Source: Octopus vulgaris (Eukaryota). From it: a stretch of 64,000 nt of DNA. Where the stretch lies: NCBI GenBank assembly GCA_951406725.2, contig OX597817.1, forward strand, positions 93,000,001-93,064,000. Direction: 5' to 3'. Every line of letters begins with the position of its first letter. Positions within the stretch are counted from its first letter, which is position 1. Shown here piece by piece: positions 51,725 through 64,000 of this stretch. The translations under genes and the position numbers were made by a program. The notes beneath the pieces are model-generated. The model worked only from the letters and a program-made list of their open reading frames with translations. It was not told the DNA's origin and did not search any database.

Positions 51725-54143
51725 CCTTCTGTTTACCAATGGGTCCAATGGACTCATTTCAGTTTTCCCAGTTGCTTTTTCCTACTGTTTATATTATTTA
51801 ATTCGGCTGATTTCTCATGACTCTTATTTTTTCTTGACTCTCTTTTATTTGTCAAAAAATTTCACTTTATACATTAATTACCGTATGGGTCCATCGGACC
51901 CTCAAATTATATTCAGACAGTACTCTTGTCATTCTAAACAGTATAAAAGCAGTATTAAATATTATTTCCCTAGAAATTTATCAGATATAAAGTAGATAAA
52001 ATTGTATTCAATCTATTTGTTGAATTTTAGAAAAAATAGGGAAAATTAGGAAAATATTCCTGTAAATTTGTGTGGTATTGCATCACTTTCAATTTGCTAG
52101 GTTATAGAGTAATGCAATATTTCTATGTAATGACGCAATTTTTACAATATATTGCATCATCTTTCAGAAGTGTATGAATATATGAGAGAATAATCTCTGC
52201 CTTTAGTCTGCTATCAAATTTCATATAGTTCAGTTGTGCTTTCCAGTATGCCTAGACGTGAAAACTTGAGTGAAGACCAAATATCGAAAAGGTTATTGGA
52301 ATTGGATGAAGAATGGGAAGAAGATAGTAGTGATTCCTTCTATTGCTCTGAAGATGATGGTGAAATTGATTGTGTGCTGGACAGTTTAGGTTCTGTGTCA
52401 TCACATGATGAAAATACTCAAAAACAGTCAACTACAAGCCACCCAATTATGAATAAGCAATATGTTTCTAGAGACAGACAAGATGTTTGGCATCCTAATC
52501 CTCTTGCTCAAGCAACAGTAAGAACTTCATCTTGCAATATTGTGCCTCAACAATGTAGACCATCCCGTATCGCTAAAAGGTCTTGCGATAGCATTGAAAC
52601 GAGTTTTACTATCTTTATGCGCCAGAATCTTCTTGAAGTAATTCGTAAATGGACAAATGTTGAAGGTCAGGTAGTTTACAAAGATAAATGGAAGGAAATT
52701 GGTCACTCTGGACTGATTGGACTAATTATTCTTATAGGTTTTTTTATAAATCTAAACATGAAAATGTCAAACAGTTATGGAGTCAAGAAGATGCCTCCCC
52801 CCACCCCAATATTCAACAAAATTATGAGCCGGGGAAGATTTCAACTTATTTTACAAGTATTACGTTTTGATGATGCTAGCGCAAGAAGAAAAAAGAGAAG
52901 TGATGATAAATTGGAGCCGATAAGAGAAGTATTTGAATTTTGGAATCAGAATTAGCAAGATGGATATGTTCCAAGTTCATGCAGCGCTTCCCATTCTGTG
53001 TATATATTCCTTCAAAACCAGGGAAATATGGAATTAAAATTTGGGTAATATGCGACAGTGAAACATCATATGCTTGGAAAATGCAAATCTACACTGGAAA
53101 AGACCCAGTAACATGGAGAGAGAGACAAATCAACGTTCAAGAGTTGTTGAAGACCTAGTAAAAGTACTTGAAAATATTGGTCGCAATATAACTTGTGATA
53201 ATTTTTTGCAAGTCTAGGATTGGCTCGAAAGCTGCTTAGCAAGAAAACTACTTTAGTTGGAACAATTAGAAAGAACAGTTGAACTTCCAAGTACTTTCAC
53301 AAATGGAAAAGAAAGATAAATCAACAGCACAATATTTGGATTTCAAAAGGATTCTTTGATCCTATGTTATTGTCTCGAGAAAAATGATGTCGTCACACTC
53401 ATGAGTACAATGCACTCTCAGCCTTCAACTGATTCAAAAAGTGCTGAAAAGAAACCTAAAGTTATTACATGTTACAACAAACCAAAAGGAGTAAATACCC
53501 TAGACAAGATGGTAAGGACATACACTTGCAATAGAATGACTCGACGATGGTCTATGATTATATTCTACAACACGATTGGTATAAGTGCAGTGAATGCTTT
53601 CATTGTTGCTAAACAGCTTCACTTGCAAAGTTTCAAGGATAAAAGACAATGCCTAATTCAGTTAGGAAAGGAGCTTGCTGGAGTTAATGCTAAACAAGAA
53701 CATGACAAACAAGAACATGACAAGAACATAACATTTCTCAACCAAACAAGAAAATGATCTTCAAACTCATTTGAGATTCCTCAGCCAAAGGAAAAAGGAA
53801 GATGTTCTTTGGGTGGCTCAAAAAAGACAAGAAAACTTGTACTACATGTAAGAATTGTAATATCCATGTTTGCCGAGAACATTCCAGTGCTCTCTGCATT
53901 CACAGCCATGAAGAGCTGTAATTCTGTATTTTTGTAATTTTAAAAAATTTATAATATATTCTGTAAGCTGTATTTTTTTATTAAAATTTTTGAGAAGCAG
54001 TAATTCTTCAATCAACTGATAGCATATATAATGTAACTAAGAAATAGTGGTAGTTTGAGTAAAATCTAATTAAAAGAAAAATATTTGGTCCATTGGACCC
54101 AGTTGGTAATTAGTGACATACATTTTCTCTGGTAGACCAAGGG
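51725..54143 (+). mobile_element. piggyBac transposon, full length, inactive
   Basis: TTAA at 51721-51724 and 54144-54147; imperfect TIRs (CCTTCTGTTTACCA / TGGTAGACCAAGGG) and subterminal GGGTCCAATGGAC repeats; broken transposase with YIPSKPGKYGIK, CDNFF, VGTIRKN, RRW and a Cys-rich C-terminus. Confidence 0.92.
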
Positions 54144-55300
54144 TTAATATAATTGTTTGAAACATTATATTTTTTAAATAATACATAATACTAATACTGG
54201 GGCATTAATATAATTAATAAGAAATTGATGAAATACATCATTTTATGTAAGGGTATGCAGTAACGACAAGATAAATAAGTATATTTGGTTTGTGTCAATC
54301 ACGAAAAGAATATACTTATCCGAAAAGTAGGCTTGGGATCATAGAACAACAAAATATATATATATATATATATATTTCCGTAAATATTACGACCAGATGG
54401 ACGATATATTTATATAAATACATCAAGCTATTCATTTAAAGATATTTAAAGTTAATTTAAAGATAATTAATGCAATTTAAATAATAGTAGTACGAATTAA
54501 TTGAATTTATTACTTGTAAAGAGCAGGTTAAGCTATCGATTGATCTTATACTGTTGTTTACAACTAAATACGGGGTTAAAAATGTATATGAGATATGATA
54601 GATGGCAGTTACTAAAACGTTCAATACGATATTTTTAAATATATAACCCCTCGTATAGTATTTCAAGATGTGCACATGCACGCTTTTTTGACCAGCAAAT
54701 AAGGAAGAATAGAGAGCAATGTTTTAATTAAATACATAGGGAGAGAGTAATGAGTAGATAATAATACGAATGAAAGGAACTAAATACTAATAAAGTTAAG
54801 CTTGAAAGCTACAGTTTAGAATTTGATTTGGAGAGGGAAAGAAATAAACTAGTTAGAAAACACAATACAAAAAAATGATTACGAAGAAGAAAACTAAAGG
54901 TACTAAATTTAAATATGATGAGTTCCAAACGACTTAATATAATAATGTGCATTACTTTTGTTGAAATACATATTCATCAATTGTATACCTGAAATATGGT
55001 CTTCTGCGATAGAAACAGCTTTCTAGTTAAATTAAATGAATAATCCATATTACCATCAAAACCTGTTCCATTTATTTGATAACAGTTATTGGACTCCATC
55101 TAATAAATTGATTATTCAATTGATTTTTATTTATATATATTCATAGGGAAATGAAAGGAATCCCTTAAATAAAGTATAATAAAAAGAACCTTGGAAACCT
55201 AAACAGAAGAAGTATTTTCATCTGGAAAAAAAAAATATATATATATATTCATGAGTCACGCTGATATAACACCAGAACGAACAAAAAAACAAATTAGTTA

Positions 55301-55369
55301 ATCCCGAACTCGAGTTTCTCTGTTAATTGCCAAATAAACTAGTTTGGATCTGTAGATCGTCAGCGAGAT
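55301..55369 (-). ncRNA. Type I hammerhead ribozyme
   Basis: atctcg CTGACGA tct...aga GAAA CTCGAG TT cgggat. Confidence 0.85.
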
Positions 55370-55673
55370 CACCAATTAATGAATAATTATGCAGTTGCAA
55401 ATACGTCCCGAAAACACGTGCGCAAGACAGCGTAAACATATAGTCCAGTAGTAAATAAACAAATTTAAAACTGTGTTCTATATGACCTTTCTAGCATGTA
55501 AGGAGCCCTGTCAAAGGTCTCCTCTCTGTGTATAAAAACATTTTATTCACTTTATATTTTTAAAAATATGCTATGTCTTGTGATTTTTATTTATGCATGA
55601 TAACCACTGGTAATAAATTATCTTAATTTTTTACCCTCATATTTACGATAGTATATATATATAATATATATAT

Positions 55674-56955
<1,282 letters not shown>

Positions 56956-57164
56956 CTGTTAGTTACAGTTAGGAAGGGCTACTGTACCAACGTCGGCAGT
57001 AAAACAAGTGGACTAGTATGCAGAACATTTCTCAAATTTAAATAGTTTACGTTCCAATGATAGAACTCTGTATAATTGTTGGAGAGGAAGGTTTCAAATA
57101 GTTAAAAATACGAAGGAGAGAAAATACATACATACATACATACATACATACATACATACAAACA

Positions 57165-58006
57165 CATTCTACCGCAATGTATCATCAGATGAAAGGATAA
57201 GCATATATCAGCAGAAGACTATGCATGGATATGTTAGTAGAAAGCTCTGGGATGATAATAACATTGATCGTCGAAGCAGTCAATCATGGACCAATAGCCG
57301 GATGACTGCAGGAACAAGAAATATCGACCAAATACCTGATGCATGAACGGGACAGAGACGCAGGAAAAGCAGCAAAACGTGATAGTCATGCAGACTTTGT
57401 GGAATTAACACCTAAAATATCACCCACATCATAAGCACTTGTGCGAAACTGTCATCGCGGTATAATCTACCGATGAGATATGATGCTACAGTGTATATTG
57501 AGATCCGGTGGAAGGATAACCCCGAGGCTAAATAAATAAGAATCCACAGTATAGTTGAAGCCATAGCCAAACATAATAAGGAGTACTGGTAGAATGTCCG
57601 AGAGAAAATCTCAACAAAATGTAAACATAATATACTTGACATATTAATTTGGGACAGAGAAGAGAAACTGTGCACAGTTGGGGAAATCAGCTGCCATGAA
57701 GCTAAAGTTCAGCGAAAAACAAAATATCTATGTTGAACTATTGAAGAATCTACAGCTACTCTATCCAGATTTCAAGTTCAGATTTATACCTGTAATTATT
57801 GGACCACTGAGATATGTAACACATTGCCTAAATACCAATCTTGAGAAATTAGGCTTCTCAAAACCAGAAAGGATAAAGCTCATTCGAAGACTACAGATCC
57901 AAGCCATTACTGGAAGTATAAAAATCTATAAAACTTTCCTGAAGTTTATCATTTTAGTATATATGAGCATATCTAGACATGCAACTATATGCATGAGAAT
58001 ACATAC
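57165..58006 (+). mobile_element. RLE-type non-LTR retrotransposon 3' fragment in (CATA)n
   Basis: CRLCG..HIISTC, KHN.LDILIWDREEKLCTV.EIS, K..Y..L, FRFIPVIIG; (CATA)n on the left and beyond the interrupting SINE. Confidence 0.75.
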
Positions 58007-58008
58007 GT

Positions 58009-58473
58009 TGGCTGTGTTGTAATTAGCTTGCTTACCAACCATATGGTTCCGGGTTCAGTCCCACTGCGTTGCATCTTGGGCAAGTGTCTTCTACTTTAGT
58101 CTCGGGCCGACCACAGCCTTGTGAGTGGATTTGGTAAACGAAGACTGAAAGTCCGTCGTATATATGCATATGATTGTTTGATTGATTGATTCTAGTTTCA
58201 GCTCACGAGCTGTGGCCATGCTGGGGCATATATATATATATATATATATTGTGTATGTATTTGTTTGTGTGTCTGTGTTTGTCCCAAAATCGCTTGACAA
58301 CCGATGTTGGTGCGTTTCCGTCTCCGTAACTTACCAGTTCGGCAAAGAGACCGATATAATAAGTTCTAAGCTTACAAAGAATAAGTTCCGGGGTCAATTT
58401 GCTCGACTAATGATAGTGCTCTAGCATGGCCGCAGTCAAATGACTGAAACAAGTAAAAGAATAAAAGAATAAA
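58009..58473 (+). mobile_element. tRNA-derived SINE with a nested ~40-bp CR1-like tail in antisense
   Basis: B box GGTTCAGTCCC; 3' end AGCATGGCCGCAGTCAAATGACTGAAACAAGTAAAAGAATAAAAG; nested 58190-58228. Confidence 0.88.
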
Positions 58474-59539
58474 TCTGCAATTATACATACATACATACAT
58501 ACATACATACATACATACATACATACATACATACATACATACATACATACATACATACATACACACATACATACTCTGTTGATATTGAAATTCTAATGAA
58601 GGAGCCTTGGATCTAGGTTAGAAACCGGCTCGTTCTCTATTGGCAAGAAAGCTTGTTATAGAACTGAATAATGACAAACATACATACATACATACATACA
58701 TAAATACATACATACATACATACATACATACATACATACATACATACATACAAACGTAGCTGAAAATTGAAAAGGAAGATCTCACACTAAGCATAACTGA
58801 TATAGAGCATATTGTCCCTCAAAAAGTAATGAATATTCTGAAAGATCACAGTCACGTGAAACAAGAATTGTAAGGAAAATAATTCAGTATCAACTACATT
58901 TGTGTGCATGTGTTTACACGTGAGGACACACACACACACACCTTTGTTTATTTTCCTTGGCGTGTGAAAAGTAACGTTATTTATTGTCTAATGTAGCCGC
59001 AAAGGGAAGCAACACAAAGGAGTGTATAAAGCTACACCTAAAAATATGAATAGCAACAGAAACAATTGAAAATATAGGTTGGCTTAAACAAAGCCAGCAG
59101 CCATCAAACGAGAGTCCAGGAAGACACGAAAACAGAAAACTGGTTACGAGGAGGTCTACTACACGCTATGTATTCATATTTAACAAACGAGCGTATGTGT
59201 GTATACACACACACATATGTATTGCTATATCCTTATGCTGCTAATATCGTAGCATTGTTATATTGTCGAGGATAAAGAATGCACTGTAGTGGTGTTACAA
59301 CATAGAAACAGCGGCAGTAACAAACACGCGACGAACCAACAATCAATATTTCTAACACTGTTTAACTCGAACTCTAAACTGTACCAAACCACGAACGTTT
59401 TTTTTATTCGCCACACAGGGCGGAACATAGAGGGGACGGCACAAGAACAGACAAGCATAAATGAGTTCGAGTTTTTTTTTTTTGTTAATGATTACAAAAA
59501 ATATATAATGTTAAAAGTTTTTTGAATAAATAAAATTGG

Positions 59540-60870
59540 ATAAAAATTAGTAAGTTGCCTGGGCTAATAAGCTCGTTAACCGACGCTCCCTTTTTATCCT
59601 GTCGGATGGCTGGGCTCAGCTGGCTCCATCCATCCTCAACTTTCTTTCCACATTCAGCCATCTTTTTCGAAACACACTGTGCGACAGGTATCTCTTTTCC
59701 ATCCTGATCTTACTTCTGAAGTGATAGTTAACATAATTAACTAGACCTCGGCTTGAAATAAAGATAGTTGTCGCGATCCCTTTCACCTGTGTCCATACTG
59801 TTTCTTTCAGTATGCAGAAGAAACTGTCCTCCCTCTCCCTGTTAAAGGAAGAGGGCGGAACAATCTTGATAATCGATTCATCCGATAGCTGTACTCTTCC
59901 TGTCGTTGACAACGGCTGTTCAAAATGGGCTATCAGTCCCTTCATCTCCGCACACTGCACGAAGGCGTGCAGGACAGTTTCACTGTCCCGCCCGCACTCG
60001 GGCATGTCGGTGGGATGGTATAACCACGCCTCAATAGCCTCTCTTGAACAAGTAAGGCCGATCAGTAACACAACCAGTTCAAGGATTTTTGGTAATTATC
60101 CAAGTACCCCGGCCCGAAAGTCCTCCCGAATAGTTTGACCAACGGATTTCTGTCGAAGCCCAGAATCTTCCCCAGGACATCATCTGACATATGCTCTACC
60201 AACCCGCTATAGAAGCCCACGGTGGAACTCCAGGTGCCGACATTGCCCGTCTGGGAGAGAAGCGTGAGTGTCTGTCGGCACTCTTATTGCCAAATCACCC
60301 AACCTAGGTCTTCGCCTGATCCAAAGACCTAAATCCCGAAGAGAGGTCAACTGTGGAAGGAAGAACTTCGTGAGCGGTGACCACACCTGCTCACCATCTA
60401 GATGAGGCCAGAGGTGCCTAAGCCTCAGCGATAGCTTGCGCATCTTCAGCCACGGCATCCCTAACTCACCCTTTAATGGCTTTTGACAGCTGTTAGGGTG
60501 CCTTACAAGTGGTCTCTCCATTCACAAGAAGCGGAAGAGGAGTCTCTCCAGCTTACTCAGCCACGAATCAGGACAAGGCACGACGGTCAAGCGGTGGGTA
60601 ATAACGGATATAATAAACACTTGCGTCATCTCCGCCCTTCCAAGACTATATCTGGGTTAGGGCAGTTACCTTGCTTGATACCTCACCACAATTCTTCTCT
60701 ATCTGGAGAAGAACCAGACTCCGAGCCTCTTTACAGGACCTTACGTCCAACGTCCCACAACGTTATTGGGCGGCATGTACAAACACAAACAGGCACATAC
60801 GCATACCTACACGCACATACTCATATAGGGATCCGGTCACATACCCCTTACACACACACCACGACCACCT
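59540..60870 (-). mobile_element. L1/Tx1-like LINE 3' fragment, degenerate
   Basis: Q.PLKGELGMP motif and zf-RVT-like PECGRDSETVLHAFVQC. Confidence 0.7.
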
Positions 60871-61547
60871 AGAACAAAACCCACCTCGGACAAAATCCCC
60901 TCCAACAAAACCCCCTTAGTTGAAGTGCGAAAGTGGACAATACTCCCTCGGTTATATTTTTCGGTTATTTTTCGTTTTTATTTTTTTGTCTTTTTTTCTT
61001 TTTCATTTGTTTTAGTTATTATACTGCAGCTATGCTGGGGCACCGCCTTGAATTTTTTATTCAAATGTATCGACTGCAGAAAAATCAGTATTTAAAAAAT
61101 TCAAATTTAAAGTTTTTTGTTTTATTCTCTCTGCATTTAGAGATTAATGAAAATGCGATGACATTTTGAACTTTCTCCGATGATCGTTGAAGGTTTAACA
61201 GAATTATGGCACCGAAGGCCAGTCGTTCAAACATACTTTTTATCCCTTCTATCTTTCTACATTTCTTTTATATTGTCTTCCTCTTGTAATTAGACATTAT
61301 ACCGTCTGATGATAACAATAGTCGTGGTGGTAATGATTGTGGTGACGATGTTGGTGACGTTGTTGATGGCGGTGGTGGTACTTGTGATGATGATGCTGCT
61401 GCTGATGATGAATGTTTTTGACTTGTAGAACACATTTCTTGAAGTAAATGCTTTTCCATTTGTTATAATTCAGAAAACATCTACATTCAGTAGTAAAGAT
61501 TCTTGTATTCTGTTATTCTATTCTACTTATTTATTTTCAACTGAATA

Positions 61548-61616
<69 letters not shown>

Positions 61617-62089
61617 CGTAAAAATTGGAATTTTGGAAAATAAAAGTTTTTTTTTACAAAGGTGATTTTCGTTTTTATTTACGTGAAATTTTTAAAAAAT
61701 TCAAGACATTTGGCTATTATTTCTAACATGTGTAGAGACCTTCTAGGCTTAACTTCATGCGCTTGTTGAAAATCACCTCCGCATGAACGAGTTTAAAACC
61801 ATCTGGAATATTGGTGCGGTTGTGTGCACTGTAGGAAAGAGTTGTCAGTCTTTTAAACGAAATATTGAAATTTTAGAAAAAATAATTTTTCAGAATATCA
61901 TAATTTTCGTATTTTTTCTACGTGGAATAAAAAAAAATTCGCCAAAATGTGGAAAACGAAAGAATTGGGAAGGCGTGGGTGGGGAGAAGATTTCACTCTT
62001 AAAATGGTGAATTTTTGTCAGCATCGGGATCTCTGCTGCCGAAAAACTTCAGAATCTATAAAAGAAAAAAATCAAGAAAAAAAAAAACG

Positions 62090-62190
62090 GGAGAGAAAAA
62101 GTACCACGCCGATACAATAAGTATCAGGCTTAAAAAAAATTCTGGGGTCGATACATTCGACTAAAAGTTGATCAAGGCGGTGCTGCGGCA
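62090..62190 (+). mobile_element. tRNA-SINE 3' fragment
   Basis: GATACAATAAGTATCAGGCTTAAAA..CTGGGGTCGAT..TTCGACTAAAA..TCAAGGCGGTGCT. Confidence 0.7.
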
Positions 62191-63279
62191 GCGAAATTTT
62201 TTTCCTACAAGAGTTCTGGACCCCAGTAAAAAACTCATTTGCATACAGCCAATCAGAGCTCACCTTGAAAATCCACATACTGCGTACTACTACAGCACAA
62301 CCAATCAGGCATAGAATGGTGTGTGTCACTCTGTGCGTACAGCGTAGCAGGTCTCACATAAGCACCACATTCTCCACCACCACCACAACCATCCTCATAG
62401 ATCAATTGAGCACCATCTCTATATGAAGCTAACATTAGGTGCCTATGCTCAGACTGAGATTAGTGATACTGCATGTACCCATTGATATATGCAAGGAGGG
62501 CGCAATACGACACCACGCCGTATTGATTAAGATGTTTCCAGATCAACACCAACATTTTAAATTAAGAATGTACAAAATAAGTTTAAAAAATTAGGAAACT
62601 ACACTCATTTATAATTTCTCGAAAACTACGCAAATTGGCAACACTTATGGCATCACCGGTGAGCAGGTCTCCATTTACTTTATATACTTTATACACTAAA
62701 TTTCACATTTTTCACCGCTATTAACCCGTTTAGAACAGATAAGCTTTGCTATAACGCACATTTTCCACTGAACTCAACCAGAGTATTTTCGTGACTAGGT
62801 GGACACTAGTTTCATAGTTGAGTTCTGATTGACTGTATGCAAATGAGTTCATAATTGGGACCCGAAACTCTCATGGGAAAAAATTTCGCGCCCCGGCATG
62901 GCTGCAGTCTAATAACTGAAACAAGTAATAGGAGAAAAAAACGACAAATATAGTCGAGGGAGTTTTATCCGAGGGGGTTTTATCCTACACTCATACATAG
63001 CTACATACATACATATATACATACATACATACATACATACATACATACATACATACATACATACATACATACATACATCATACATACTTTTTTGTGTGTG
63101 TGTTTGTATATGTATGTGTGTGTATATATATACACACATACATACACAAACATACACACACATATATATATGTATATTGTGTATGTATGTGTGTATGTGT
63201 GTATATATATATATAAGTTCAGCAAAATTTAGATTCAAATGAATATGGCACTTAAGTTAGATGCACCTCTCCCTCTCAC

Positions 63280-63315
<36 letters not shown>

Positions 63316-63334
63316 GTGACAGAGAGAGAGAGAG

Positions 63335-64000
63335 TAATGGATAAATTGTCGCCATTTTATTTTTTTTATTTCGCGCATGCGTATTTATTTTTTATTTTGT
63401 AGACTACACAGTATGGTAGGGTCAGTTGGGCATCGTCTGTGAGAAAACAGCACCATAACGCAATTCACTCTGCCAGAAATTTGGAAACGACATGCTGTAC
63501 TGCTTGGCATTCGCGCCATAAGCTCCAATATGAACATTTCAGAATGTTTGGATGTAAACCTGAGGACAGTGCAATCTGAGGACATGTACAGAGATTGATA
63601 AAAATCAAACATCCAATCAACATCATGGTGTTGAAGTGATCACTAGTGATGACGACTTTATGCCTCCATTCGACTTCCCACATGGTCTCAGACTCAACAC
63701 GGAGACCTACATCACATGCCTGGAGAAAATAGGGCCGCCCCGGTTCAAAAGAGTGGCTGCTGGAAGATTCTATGTCAAGCAACAGGACTCAGCACCATGT
63801 CACACAAGCAGGAGAACTCAGTCATGGCTGTCAGGCAATTTCTGCGACCACATCACCTCTAACGTCTGCTCACCTAACTCCCCAGTTAGGTGTAGAGCAC
63901 AATTGAGCGAGAGACCAACAAAACTCCTTGTAATACCAAAGAGGAACTGAAGGCAAAGGTTATAGTAGTATTCACTAACTTGAACAAGGAGACCGTCCAG
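63335..64000 (+). mobile_element. Tc1/mariner-superfamily (DD37D/maT-like) element, deleted, runs off the window
   Basis: FPHGLRLNTETY..CLE, YV.QQDSAPCHTSRRTQSWL..NF, SPNSP. Confidence 0.8.

Noticed and set aside
58590-58635. CTAATGA..GAAACCGG hammerhead-like motif between (CATA)n tracts
   Set aside because: G5 and U16.1 are absent and there is no convincing stem I.
61268-61459. 63-aa Ser/Pro/Thr-rich ORF as a host exon
   Set aside because: Built on degenerate (GAT/GGT)n triplets; no domain or linked exons recognised.
62253-62435. 60-aa ORF ending near AAG|GTGAG as a host exon
   Set aside because: No recognisable protein similarity or partner exon; cannot be supported without transcripts.

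Overview
AT-rich, repeat-dense animal genomic DNA, most likely an octopus/coleoid cephalopod (inferred from the tRNA-SINE, the (TA)n/(AAT)n/(CATA)n microsatellite load and the transposon mix). Only one host gene is supported. It is a minus-strand, 3-exon gene (signal-peptide exon 23511-23454, giant exon 14919-9670, 3'UTR exon from 8777) encoding a secreted protein of about 1,770 aa with 47 six-Cys modules of the pacifastin/half-VWC type, arranged 6 unique-(AB)6-CDEF-(AB)2-CDEF-(AB)6-5 unique. The rest is mostly mobile DNA: RTE, CR1, R4/Dong-like, Tx1-like and Penelope-like retroelements, mariner/Tc1/piggyBac/pogo-type DNA elements, Helitrons and SINEs. By eye I found 13 type I hammerhead ribozyme motifs of about 8 different sequence types. 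They lie mostly in short non-coding, microsatellite-associated fold-back or tandem elements (Penelope pLTR/retrozyme-like), including a 560-bp tandem unit with a ribozyme in each copy. There is also a possible U3-A8 core variant. All calls are from manual reading, and element boundaries are approximate unless TIR/TSD/splice sites are given.
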